This document shows, piece after piece, positions 51,180 through 64,000 of a stretch of 64,000 bases of DNA. This DNA is from Octopus bimaculoides. Its lineage: Eukaryota. The translations under genes were made by a program, and so were the position numbers. Position 1 is the stretch's first letter. Every line of letters starts with the position of its first letter. The stretch covers positions 13,364,328-13,428,327 of the forward strand of contig NC_068999.1 in NCBI RefSeq assembly GCF_001194135.2, written 5' to 3'. Below the pieces are notes generated by a model. The model searched no databases. It was not told where the DNA came from and saw only the letters and a list, made by a program, of their open reading frames with translations.

Positions 51180-53378
51180 AAATTATAAATGTGAAGAAAG
51201 ATGATGTACCAATCTGAGGAGCATTGATGATTATTATTATTATTATTATTATCGACAGCGTCAGATAATCAAATTAACATATATTTCGTAGAGGAAAACA
51301 CAGAAGGACAATCCAATCCCTGCACATCATCGTTCAAATCACGCACAAATACGCCATAACATATATCAACCTCATACATTGATGTCAACACCTAAATATT
51401 TATCGCTGTACACTTAACATGATGTCTTATGTACTCATGATTATAAAACAACCGAACTTTTGATAGCAAGCTCGTCTCGTTTGCTATAAATGCTATAAAA
51501 CAAATGCAAAGTATAATTAAATCCAGCTTCTGTATATAATTTTATATGCGCGGTAATATTCAGATATCCCTTCTGAACAATAGGTTAGCTTAACAGTTGA
51601 CAATTTTGCGAACGGCCGAAACCCTTAAATATTTTTGTTATACATAAACATGGCAGGAATTATACATTGAATAAATGTGTGTATTGTATAATACCTTTAA
51701 TTTAAATTTATGAGTTAGTTTATACGATATGAATTTGAATGAAAATGTTTCACCACCTGAGGTTTGATTAATGCACAATGATCTTTAATTGATCTTTGCC
51801 ACAACTAATCAATTCACAATCTAACAGTTTCTTCCATCTTGAATTGAACAATTCCTAATAAGAGTATTCCGAAAATTTCATTCTCAGGAATATTGCATCT
51901 GAATAGTACCAAATAGCTTTACTTCAGTTAAAGACAATAGATGAAGTTTTTAATTAGTTCGTTATGTATGGGAGATAAATGTATATGGAAATTTCAGATT
52001 GATGTTCATGCTTAAGTACTATCAATGATTGTCTTTATCATCGGAAACCAGCCTGCATAAGAATTTCCATGAGAAGATGAAATACATTTTGAAATATATT
52101 TCGTATTACTATTGGGATGTTTAGTTCAATGACATTCTTGTTTCAGGAGATTTAAAATTCCAAGCTTTTCAGAGGTACCCATACTTCAGAATGTGCAGAT
52201 TTAGCATACCTAGAATGTTACAACTCCAGAGGACAATTTTATCTCTAATATGCATTAATCTTATAATTTGGTCGTGTCGTAGCATGGATGATAATTCTGT
52301 AGTAATAATAACACGCCAAACTTATAAATATCTCTGTGAAAATCAAACAAAAGGAGGATATTTATGGACAACTGCTTCGAAACATCAAACTTCTATATCT
52401 AAACTATGAATTCATATAGAAATAATTACTGGAACACTAGGTTTTGTTAGTAAATGTTTAAAGGAGAACTTGGATATACTCTGATTTTCAGAAAGAAATC
52501 GACCGGCTAATCCGTACATTACAAGAGCAATGTGTGAGTAGAACAGTAAACATATGCACGACTTTTCTCAAGTTCCAAATGTGAATGTGTCTGTGTTAAC
52601 TACATCTGAAAGACGGAGCCGTGTATGTTTGTTTGAACCTCAGTCGAAAATGTATTATATATATACATATATATATATAGTAATAAATCTTCAATTATTC
52701 CTCCAGAAAAGATATTTCTTTCTAAATTCTGATATATTTCCTCAGAGTGCAACGAACGAGTAATTTTGTTCTACCATCCTGTTGGTTAGCATAACCGTTT
52801 CGGTATTCTATTATCTTTCTCGTGTCCATACATAAATTTAGACATGCATATATAACACAAATATTTTAGTTATACATTATTATAGTTAAAATCAGTTTCG
52901 TATATTTATTACTATTAGTTATCGTATTAAATTAATTCCATAGACATAATTTATAATTTCTCAAAACTCCATTATTTACCTGCTCAAGGAATCCCTTATA
53001 CGCGTGTTCACAGTCGTGGAGGGTTCCCGAAAGCGATAGACATCATACGGATTGAAGAGGATATTTTTCGATACTGATATTATTAATATCTAGAATGTCT
53101 TAGAATAAACATCCTGTAAATAAAAAAATGCATAAATTACGGTCAAGAAATGTCATCTTTCCATCCGACATATGGATTATGCAAGTAGTTTTCGAGAAGA
53201 AAATATCTCACGTCAGACAAATTGCAATCCAGGAAAAATGCAATTATATAAATATTCAATACCCATGCGCATATAATTTGATTCACGTCAATTTCCAATT
53301 TGTATAACTCCCTATGGCAGCTTCTCAGCAATATCCATGTGTGGAGAAAGGCTGTGCAGTAGCAAAATACAACACCCA

Positions 53379-53420
<42 letters not shown>

Positions 53421-53989
53421 AACACACACACACACACACTCGCACAAAATGCACAGAAACATACACACCTAAATACACACACACTCACACACAAACACAC
53501 AGATAAGCACACAAACAACACACACAAATACTCACACACGCGCACACACACAAACAAAGAGAAACCCACACATATTCTGCTGTGAAATAATCAAAGAAAT
53601 GTTGATATAGACAGGATCAGCGTGAGAAAATTATAGATTATTTATGTCATAAACCTGAGTTCCAAACCGCCGTTGATTATTCAACAATACATCAAGCCCT
53701 TACTCGAAAGAAATGGCATAAATATCTTCTAAATATGATGAAACATGTAATTGAGTAAAACTTATAATACATGCACGACTGGAAGACATGGGGAAATTAG
53801 GCAAGCGTTGCATGTATTATGGTGATTGTGTCCCGGTAAAATAAACAAAACAAAATATCAACGAAATGCGTGATAGGCAAGAGAGATGGCTTCGGTGTAA
53901 CCACGGGGAACCTGGCACTCAGTGAGAAACACCGGTAGCACCTCGTAGAAGAACGGCTAAAATAAAACGGTTGACGAATATAAGCAATC

Positions 53990-54300
53990 TCCTAAAGCGG
54001 GGAATCCTATTACGGAAGGACTCTGCTCCTACAGAGAAGTAAACAACTTCTACTAGGTTTAGATGCACTACAAAGGTGAAATGGAGAGAAGATTGGCCGA
54101 GCATATTAATGGACATTGTTGGGAATATAGGGATCAAAGACAAACCTTGATACTCTCCATGCCAAAGAACAACATGGTAGTGTGCTGAACCGAATTACCA
54201 TAGAATTCCCGTCTAGACACCCAGACGACGCAGCCCTACGAGAGATACAAGTGCTCAGTCTTGATAAAAGAAAGACGACCAGTCTTAAATAGTAGATGCT
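53990..54300 (+). mobile_element. Penelope-like element GIY-YIG endonuclease relic
   Basis: HYKGEMERRLAEHINGH (~YIGETERRLAERINEH); frameshifted HAKEQH...ITIEFPSRHPDDAALRE; VLIKERRPVLNS (~EAVLIK..RPxLN). Confidence 0.6.
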
Positions 54301-55076
54301 CTAAGTGGCACATGCCTTACAGCCACCAATGGATACATAGGCACATACACTCCCGCCCACACGGACGCACACAATAACGCATACGCAGAGACATGGAAAC
54401 GTGCAGACAGAAGTACACACGCGCACAAAAACACACAGTAACAAACACACATAAAGACACCATGAGACACAGACACACACTTACACGCACTCACACGTAC
54501 ATGCAAGCACAGACTCACACGATTGTACATATATGAGCATACGCACGCATACACATGCTCATTCTCACGTGCAGATACATATCAATTTATTCAACATTTA
54601 TCAAACAGAGAAGATGGTTTTAACTTATTTGCATGAACGTGTTCGTTTCCGAAGAAAACAAAGAGGAAAGGAAAACCGCTATCTTATGTATATGAAAAAT
54701 TACATAGCCAGTATTTAAAACACACACACAATCATATACGGATGCACCCCAATGCTGGAACATGTGTTCAAAAGAAATGGAAGTAGAGAGACGTGTCTCT
54801 GAAGAGATTGCAACAATGCGATGAAACAATTATTTGACAAAAACAGAAATGACAACACTAAAAATATTGAACATTTGAACGATTAACTGTTTCACCAAAG
54901 TATGTAACATATGAGTTTGAAAAACTAGTAAATACCAGATGATAGATAAATTAGTAAACGGAGTAAGTAACACAGTAACTATCAATAACAATAAAGGATC
55001 GAACCAGTGCATATGCTAATTTTGACAGCCTTAATGCCTCTCCCAAGATTCAATAGTTTATATATATACATATATA

Positions 55077-55145
55077 TATGTGTGTTTGTGTGTGTGTGTC
55101 TGTGTGTGTTTGTGTGGGTGTGTGTGTGTGTGGGTGTGTGTGTGG

Positions 55146-55173
<28 letters not shown>
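55077..55173. repeat. (TG)n microsatellite, interrupted
   Basis: Directly visible. Confidence 0.9.
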
Positions 55174-55176
<3 letters not shown>

Positions 55177-57340
55177 CCGACACGGCAATGTCAACTGGCC
55201 TTTACTTTGTGTGTGAGTCTGCGTGTGTCTGTGTGTTTATTTATTTAGTCTGTCTATTTTGAAATATTATTTCGAGACATGCGTCGTCGCACGTGCATCA
55301 AATATGTTTTGGAACTTATATATATCATGTATTGTTATACAATTCTTTTCCCATTGATATAGACTAAAGTAGTTATCAATGTTTAAACCCGTAGCAAAGT
55401 GTTTCTCTTGAAAATCGATTTAGATTAAAATAATACCAAACACCTAGTTTGCCTAAGATTAAGACGAGTTTTTCAGATAGGAAATAAGTAAGGGTTATTC
55501 ATTCCGTTCATGAAAGTGAAGCAGCCATTGTCCTAGTCATACCTGCCGACGATTATTGCCGCTCTTGCTCTCAAATTCTGGTCTATCTATTTCACAAAAT
55601 TATGTCTACACTGATCTTGTGAGTGAAAATCAGTTCAACTTACACTTTGATCATAAAACGCATCATGGAAGAAAATGTCTAGTATTGTTTGTGGACTTTC
55701 ATGATCTAGTTGATTTTTCCCCTCAAGTCGTCATTAAAACAGGGATTGCTATAGAAACAGGATAGTTAATGACAAGATGGCACCTCGTAATTATCAATGA
55801 ATGAGCATTGGTTTGCACCCACTGATAAATATTAATCTTTACGCAAAGTAGGTCTTCGCACGAAAAATTCTATTGTTTGTGTTTCGGTAAATATGTTGCG
55901 TGTCGTTTATTATGAATTGTTGAACCAAAGCTAAAGAGCTAAAATGTGAAATTTGTATCCTCATTACAAAGCATCAGAGAAAATTAACAAAAGATCACTC
56001 CAAATATTGCAGAAATTAGGAACGAATATTATAGTATTAAATATGCAAACTTTCTTTTTGTGACTTATTCTCCTTACGTTGTTCCATTTGATTATCTTGT
56101 TTTGTGATCATTTAGCAAGTCACAATAGGGAAATCAGACTATCTACGTAAGGGATAATGAATTAGTTCATAACAGTAGGTTAAACATAATATTGCTGTTA
56201 TCATTGTCCTTTGTTTTGTTTTTTTTGTTTTTTTTTACTGTTGTTACACGACAGACTTGAAAACGAAGGATCGACACTTTGATGAATACATGGCAATCGA
56301 GTATTAAATAATTCATTATCCCTTACTGTGCAAAGTAATGCACACACACACATACATCCTTGCATGCCTTCTGTTCTATGAAGTAAAGCTTCAGTTATTT
56401 AACCCCTATTAAACAAAGCTTTCGATCAGTCAGGGAATTTTCTGTTTCAATCTTTAAGACAAAAGAAATAGGTTTTCATTCAAATGAAATATCCCCCGTT
56501 AAAGATAGAATTTCGTTGATGGTTGAAATATCTATGCATATTGTCATCTATATTCAACCGAACTGCCTAAATATCAATTCCCATATTCAGATGTACGAAT
56601 CTCCTCTGCAAAGTGTTCTTGAATGATACAGAATTGTGGATGATGGTTATTGAAAGCTCTCACAAAAGAATTGTTCTAATGTATTACAGAACGTAAAATT
56701 TCAAAGCAGAGCTCACACTTCGAAACAGATGTATGTCAGATGATGCATGTTTAATGCTAGATATACTTGAATTTATAACTCTCCATAGGAAATCGAAAGA
56801 GCAAAAGTATTGTTTACGAAAATATAAGTATAATCATAAATAGAATTATGCATTACTTCTAATTATGAATATATGCGTAACAAATTTTGTTTGTACTGCT
56901 GACGGTTTCACTGAAATAAAATTTTGTTGCTTGCAAAATGTTCACCATCCCATTCCACGCACAAATAAATGAAATACTTTAAAAGAATATATTTGAATGC
57001 AATCCCAGGAACTTGATTCACATGACAACAACAGTATGCATACAATAATTACCTTCTACGCATTCCAATCTGTTTCTAATTGAACATATGTCACCCGTCA
57101 AGAAGGTAGGAAAACAACCAAAATGGAAGAGGGGAATAAAGTTTGAAACTTTCCATTGAAAGAAGTAATATGTAAGGTTATGCCAACATCTTTAAATCCC
57201 ACGTCACGTAAGAAATTGAGTACACGTTATTAAATGATTATACACCACTTAGGAATGTCACACACACAAACACGCACACTCACACTGACACACGCACAGA
57301 GTCACAGGCACAAACACGTATATATATATAAAATTAAGTA

Positions 57341-57480
57341 AGCAGAAAATGGAGAAACCTTTAGCTCAACAAACAAACAATTTGAACAACATCGGTTAAT
57401 TTATTTTAATACAAAACATAATCAACCGATGTATATCAATTTGGTTGTTTGTTGATCTAAAGTTTTCACCATTTTCTGCT
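57341..57480. repeat. Imperfect inverted repeat, 57-bp arms and 26-bp spacer
   Basis: 57341-57397 vs revcomp(57424-57480): 8 mismatches, no gaps, by hand alignment. Confidence 0.9.
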
Positions 57481-57655
57481 CATTTAAATTTGATTCCAGA
57501 TAAAGTTTTCTTTATTCAGTTATTAACGTACCCTATGATCATAGCGTCCTTGCATACGCATGCCCAGGAATAGTACAGGTAAATGATACCGGTAGCAAGT
57601 ACGGATATTCTTATCTCTTAGCTTGGAGAGTATAGCAGTGTGATCTGCATTTCAG

Positions 57656-57682
57656 GACGCTATTCCACACCTGAACAATTGG
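57656..57682 (+). CDS. Candidate 27-nt microexon
   Basis: tgatctgcatttcag|gacgctattccacacctgaacaattgg|gtaaga; frame-preserving length; reads DAIPHLNNW or (G)RYSTPEQL(G). Confidence 0.2.
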
Positions 57683-59267
57683 GTAAGACATATATAGGAC
57701 GAGCATGAAATTAAATAATTAGATGAAAGAAGAATATATAGATAGAATTATCGAGAGATATGAGATTGCTTTAACGATGGAACTTGAAGGAGTTAATACT
57801 ACAAATCTGAAATATTAGCTTGGAATTAATGGAAAAAAGACCGTGGATAGAGAGACAGTGAAGGTAGTTGTAAAGAAATATCAGTACTCGCCAAATATTA
57901 AGTATGTTTTAGATGAGATCTACTGCACGACACTGATTATATATTATATAAAATGAAGCCAATATCATCAGATGATATCGGAAAACTAACGCAAATCCAG
58001 TAATTTGTACCTAATGCTATTTACTGATACTTGTGATGTAGTATGTTAGTATAATTGCTATATGTGTGAAATCTTATCAATGTCTCACATAAATTTTTAA
58101 AAGAAACGAATATATTCAATTTCAATTTAGTTTTGCTGTAATATCTTTTAAGTGAATCATTACAAATTACAATAACAATACCTGAAATAGAAAAAAAAAA
58201 TCACTCAAATCATCACGCAGATACATCCTCATGTACAAGTGTGTTGTGTGTATGTGCGAAATATATTTTGTAATTATAAAATGCGTTCCAACTTTTCTGA
58301 TAGCGTTGTTTTATTTTACAAATACAATCTTTTTTTTCTGTTCGAGCACTGATTTGACATCCTCAGTAGTCAATTACTCACGTGAAATTTAATTCAGGTG
58401 TTGATATTCAATTTAATTGCTGTCTTGTCTCTAAATGTCGCGTGTAATTTTGTATAATTACACACTTTAAATGGAAATTATTGTCTAGAGAAAACACATC
58501 ATGAACATATTGCCATCAATTTTCATTTCACATTTTCAGAAAACTTCAGAGAAATGAAGTTATGTAACACATAAGAAATTTTTCTGAAAAGTCAAAATAC
58601 TTTTCTTGTCAAATGTATCCTTTTCACCAACCTCTCTACAAGAATTAAAAGAAAATACACAGATAGACTTACAACAATTTTGATCGTTCTCGAGAACTAT
58701 ATAATCTTGGAAATTATTTATAATACGCAGCGTTCCATACAATATTAAGTTATTCAATAGTGGCTTAGTAATACGACGCATTAAGCAATTTTCGATACAC
58801 CGAAAGACATATCTGCACCAATATTTGTGAGAACAGACGAGAATATATCAAATGTTGTAGTCAACCCTAAATCGTAGATTTAATCACACACGTAGACACA
58901 TTCCTTTGTTTCATGTTAATGAAATAGTTTCTTCTTCAAATAAGTTATATCATATCATATAGGATAAGTATAAATCGATTCGATTCTTATTCCATGCACG
59001 TGAAATACTGACCAGTGCATTGCTTCCCCAATGTTACCGAGCTGAAATGGTTTCACCAATCTATCAAATGTGAAAAATCATTCACAATCATACCAAACTA
59101 TCTTGATATCTCTACAAAACGAACAAAATTGGCACGACACAAAATTCCGTCGAATGCACTTTGAAGCCGTTAAAATTCTTATAAAAACAATATTAAATAT
59201 TCATTACATGGAAAGAGATATATTCTTTTATCCTTGAACGATGAACTGCAGAGGCACCTCTCTACAT

Positions 59268-59475
59268 AATGGCTTCAAATTTTGGCGAAAGACAAGTAAG
59301 TACGGGAGAATGGTTAAGTCGATTTCATCGAGCCCACTATTCAAAAGGCATTTATTTTATTGACCCCTAAAGGGAAAATCAGCCTCAGCGGAATTTGAAC
59401 TCAGCACATCAAGATGGACAAAATACCACCAAGCACTTCACCTGGCATGCTAACGTCTCTGCCAGCCGCCGCTTG
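59268..59475 (-). mobile_element. SINE family A
   Basis: ...cagcggaatttgaactcagcacatcaag...cttcacctggcatgctaacgtctctgccagccgcc. Confidence 0.75.
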
Positions 59476-62400
59476 GAACATATAAATATTGACATACACA
59501 AAGACATATATAAATATATAATATGAGCCACTGCTTTTCTTCTATCGTATGTATGTATGTGCCTGTGTAGATGTAGATGTACGTTCCTTGTGGACAAAGC
59601 ATTGGGGAATAACATACTCATTCCCTGAAAGTCACACCATTTGAGGTTTGCTATTATGTCACTTCTGCTTTATGGAACCCACCGGTTATAATATGCACCA
59701 TAAGGAAGTGCCGTGCTGTTTTAATGCTAACAATAGATGGATTAATTAGGATGTGAGAGTCTATAACCTCGAGCTATCTCCAAGAATGTTTATCTGAATA
59801 TACGAGTTCAGACACTTGTATAACAAGAGTTGACACAAAATTCGAGTTCACATGACATTTGTATATATATGCGGTTTTGTATGTTTGTGTGTGATATGTT
59901 AGTATATGTGTTTTGTATTTGCTTATGAATATGAGTAATTCGTTACTACCAGTGGTGTGGCCAGAGATTAATTAGTTTCTCCATATTGTTGCAGGTTCCT
60001 TAAGAAAGAAATCGTCGACTTCATATTCATTAACCATAAACTCTTTCAATAAGGCCAGAAGAATATACAAGTACTAGCACTTTCTGGTGGTATATAATCC
60101 ATGTAGTCATACTTGAAGTTATCTCTGGCCAATTGGTTGCTTCACTGCAGATCTCATAACGATGCAGTCCAGAAACAAAATATGAACAGAAATCAGACAT
60201 CGAATACAAAACAAAAACAAAGATAATGAAATGTGAGAGAATGGAATTCATTATTTGTTAACCGATATATTTCACAAAATTAACTGCATGATTACATATC
60301 TGTATTTATATAAACTCATTCAACTAAGAGTAAACACCTGGAAAACGTTTTACTCAGTCGATCTTAAATTATAAGCTACTCTTTTCGTAGGTCTTCTGTT
60401 CTATGTCAGTTTCCAGTTTGACGTTTAGTTTTTTAGATTATATATATTTATACTTCGAAGTTCAAATTTGTTACTGATGTTCTCAGATTTTATGTAGTAA
60501 TTATCATACCTATTAATTGCTTACACCTATGATATAACATGGGATGAACATTTCTTAGAGAATCGATTTAAATACAGAAGAACAAAAACAAGCAGAATCC
60601 TACATTTCAGTTTTAGTACATAAGAGCAATGAAAGAAACGATAAACATTTTAATAAAAAATGAATGGAAGGAAAAAAGGAAAATATTAGAGTACACTGTA
60701 AGAAAGAGATTTGAAAAAAGTCTGTAACAACAAGCGCACTAATACAAGCATCTTAAATAGTTAGTACTATATACTATAGCAATATCATAGGTAATCGTGT
60801 CTGTACTGTGATACAAACAATCCAAAAGAATTGTTGGATTTACCAATATTCCCAAATAAGAAATAATTGGGAGCATTTCATTGCAAGAGAAATAAGCAAA
60901 AATAACTCATTTAGGGTTTTTCAAGTGTCACCGATGCAGCTGTAATTAAAATTATTATTACACGAAATTTCATGAAAAAGAACAAGTACAAGGCAAACAA
61001 ATGCAAACGGGGAGTGATATGTTACAAGAAACATAATGTCTTCAAAATTAGTAGTGAATTACAAATGGAATATTAAACTTCTTCGGTTGGAACCTATTGT
61101 AAATGTACGAGGAATAACATTTCAAGCGAACGTGAATGTGGTTAATCCAGGAAGAGAGAAGAAATGTAATGATTTACAACTCATTTGGACGAACATTCTG
61201 AAATTATCTCTCGAACACATTCGGAAATTATCACCGCGAAAATCATAGCGGTGATACCAGCAATATAATTGGCACTTTATTCAATGTACATTGGTGGGTG
61301 TGATGCGTTACATCCTATGGCAAAGTTAGTGTTTGCTTCACATTAAACCTAAAATTCATTATTCTTCTATCTGAGAGTATTTGGTTATCACTTTTCATAA
61401 AGTAATTACATAGCATGCCAACTGAGACAAGTTTTTCATAGAGGTATAAATACTTTAATCTCCTGTGCAAGAGGAATTGAGATTGTTTAGCGAGTTTTAT
61501 GTACATATTTGCTTAATATCTGCAGTCATATCAACAATAAACTTCTCAAACTTTCAACAGTTGCCAAAGTTTTATGAAGAATACATCATACTATCATTCC
61601 AATAATGTAGGAGGCATCTGGGAATTGTTACTTCTGTAAGTATCTGATGTTGCTCTATTTGAAACTTAGCAGGATGCAACAAAATGAAAACATAAAGTAC
61701 AAAAGTGTTCGTGAAATTTTCTTAATTTTCTTAAGAGAATTTTAGAACGACACGATTTAACTGTTCTTGATCTCTATGAATATACACTTGTTATTCCCTT
61801 GCTAAATAAAATGATGGTGATCATAACTAGGTAGTCAATCTTTACAATGCCGCGAAATTCCAGAATGGAACACATGCGTTCGCACTAGCTTAAAAAAAAA
61901 CTTTGCAATATAAATACCGAAACGAATACGTTTCAAAATTATATTATCGTTACATATAACAGATGATGGTTCAAGATATATACCACATGTTTTACTTTAT
62001 TATTTCTTTCCTTTCCTCACAAGTACGTTTCTGCTATTGCAATTAGTATTGTCTTCCTTTGTGAAGTCACATTACTGTGCTCTTTAGGATAATGATATAT
62101 AATTGAATGTAACTGCCATATATATTGGTGATAAATAATTTAGTTTGCACACTAATATCAGTGTTCAATAGAAAATAGTTTCTTAAATGGATTTAAAAAA
62201 TACGTAATATACACAGTTTAACAAATGTACACTGCAGATTCTCTTCGCGGAGTCGATATCTGCTATTTCAAATGTCCATACACATTCCTAACAATTCTGT
62301 TGTTACTCGTAAATGTTGAATACAATTATATGAAAATACTGGTATATTGGGTATATAAGTCTTACTAAAAGATACCGATGTACAAATTGTCACTATAGCT

Positions 62401-64000
62401 AGTAGTTTGCAACTATCATATGTTTATAATATGCCTTGTAATATATAGAGACGTACATGCATACATACATTCATATCCATGCATGCATGTATATATATAT
62501 GTATGTAGGTATGCTTCTACGCATGCATGTATTTATTAATGTATGTATGTATATATATATATATATATATNNNNNNNNNNNNNNNNNNNNNNNNNNNNNN
62601 NNNNNNNNNNNNNNNNNNNNNNNNNNNNNNNNNNNNNNNNNNNNNNNNNNNNNNNNNNNNNNNNNNNNNNNNNNNNNNNNNNNNNNNNNNNNNNNNNNNN
62701 NNNNNNNNNNNNNNNNNNNNNNNNNNNNNNNNNNNNNNNNNNNNNNTATACATTCCGTTATCAGAATCCTTTAATGTACTTACATGTAGTTGGAAATACA
62801 GGTCGTCTAATTTAGAACGATAATATGCAAGTGTTTTCTAAGCCAATTCACTACCTGTGAATATATTCTATATAAATGAGAGAAGCGATGCTTTCAGACC
62901 GTGTTACATAATTTTTAAACAGTAAAAAAAAAAAGATATATGGAAATGTAGAAATTGAAAGTCAATAAATAAAATCGAAAGTCAATGAATAAAATGATTC
63001 CATGAATTTAGATTCATGGTTTCACGAAATCTATTAACTATGGCAAGTCATAAATTCATCAATTGTTATTCAGTAAAATAGGCGCCTTTTAATATTCCTC
63101 ACTATATGAGGTGTATTCCAGTAGTTTTGTGAGCTATTTCAGGGAAAGTTTCTATTCTTTTTAAATTGTATGCAAATCTAATATCGCTCCAAATTAGACC
63201 TCCTCATTGAAATACACATGTAGCGCTCTAGACCTTTCCTGAAAGTTCAATGGGAATTCTCCAAAGAGAGGTTTCCTAGGCCACCTGCTATAGCCTGTAT
63301 CTAAATGTCTTGAAAACATCTGCACTAGAACAACTTCAGCTTGAAGAGCAAGCAAATATCACAGACTGCAATTTCTGAAATGTAGAGAGTGTAAAACATT
63401 ATTGATGACCATTGCCCTAAAGTAGTTGGTTACTAGTATAGAATTGTGACAAGCAGTGTTCAGTAAATCTTAGATCGCACGGTTTACTTGGGTACGTCCG
63501 AAGTATTGTTACAGACGTTTCCTTCACTCTGAAATAATGAACGTTGTGAGTTCGTTTAGTAAACATAGACTATAAATATACTGAAATTACAATAACCTAA
63601 GACAACTATAACTTCCTCCCCTAAGTAAACATTTAAAATAGCAAGAATACAAAACGTATTTATTATTTTGTATTTCTCATTCAGTGTAAAGAACCTGATA
63701 CAAAAATGAAATAAGAAATAAAACAGTTAATACAGCGTTCTAACTAAAAACGTATTCCAGTCATTTTACGGTTATTAGCTACGGAATATGATGGCAATAC
63801 ATTTCGTGATGAAGTACAAATATGTAAATAGATTGCAAGTATATGATATCATTGCTCTGAATTGGCCTATAAAAACGTTATAAAACTGGCCAACTAATAT
63901 ATTTCATGAATCTCTTGGGTATAAATCTCTTTTAGCTATGATGTTACACAAACTATATCAATATTAAAGTCAGAAATTCAAATGAAATCCTACATATAAG

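Noticed and set aside
54790-54840. Second hammerhead-like string ctgaaga-g-attgc...gcgat-gaaa
   Set aside because: Stem II forms, but there is no NUH cleavage triplet in register and no stem I partner.
55556-55765. RT-like words (SENQF...LVLFVDF)
   Set aside because: Motif spacing is too short and similarity too weak to call.
59990-60180. Protein-looking minus-strand fragments (DNFKYDYMDYIPPE; LLKEFMVNEYEVDDFFLKE)
   Set aside because: Broken by frameshift and stops; no family recognised.
685-62823. Long ORFs in the supplied track (300-390 aa, and poly-I/L/N/K, CVCV, HTHT, YIYI ORFs)
   Set aside because: They are read-through of N-gaps or translations of microsatellites.
1-64000. CRISPR arrays, rRNA, intact tRNA, Fanzor/TnpB-like ORFs beside the transposons
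   Set aside because: I found no repeat-spacer periodicity, rRNA signatures, complete cloverleaf or RuvC/zinc-finger motifs. About 6-7 kb of the window is N and cannot be assessed.

Overview
AT-rich eukaryotic DNA from a draft assembly with 16 N-gaps, most flanked by microsatellites. It is dominated by simple repeats and decayed transposons. The SINE families, microsatellite load and composition resemble Octopus (coleoid cephalopod) genomic DNA; this is recognition from memory, not a database result. I recognise no intact or nameable host protein-coding gene, and almost all supplied ORFs are gap or microsatellite artefacts. Recognisable relics: three mariner and one Tc1-like transposase, Ty3/Gypsy gag-protease, CR1, RTE and R4/Dong-type LINE pieces, a Penelope-like GIY-YIG remnant and two tRNA-derived SINE families. 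The most interesting items are structural. (1) A 116-bp-arm inverted repeat at 28243-28493 whose arms each carry a Penelope-type minimal hammerhead ribozyme motif, one per strand. (2) A 595-bp TIR element at 42170-42764 with an 8-bp TSD and a central outward-facing (TAACCC)n/(TTAGGG)n core. (3) A ~570-bp inverted duplication (15941-16503 vs 19100-19674) bracketing a candidate exon. Several smaller hairpins and weak exon candidates are also listed. Protein similarities were judged by eye against remembered family motifs, and relic boundaries are approximate.
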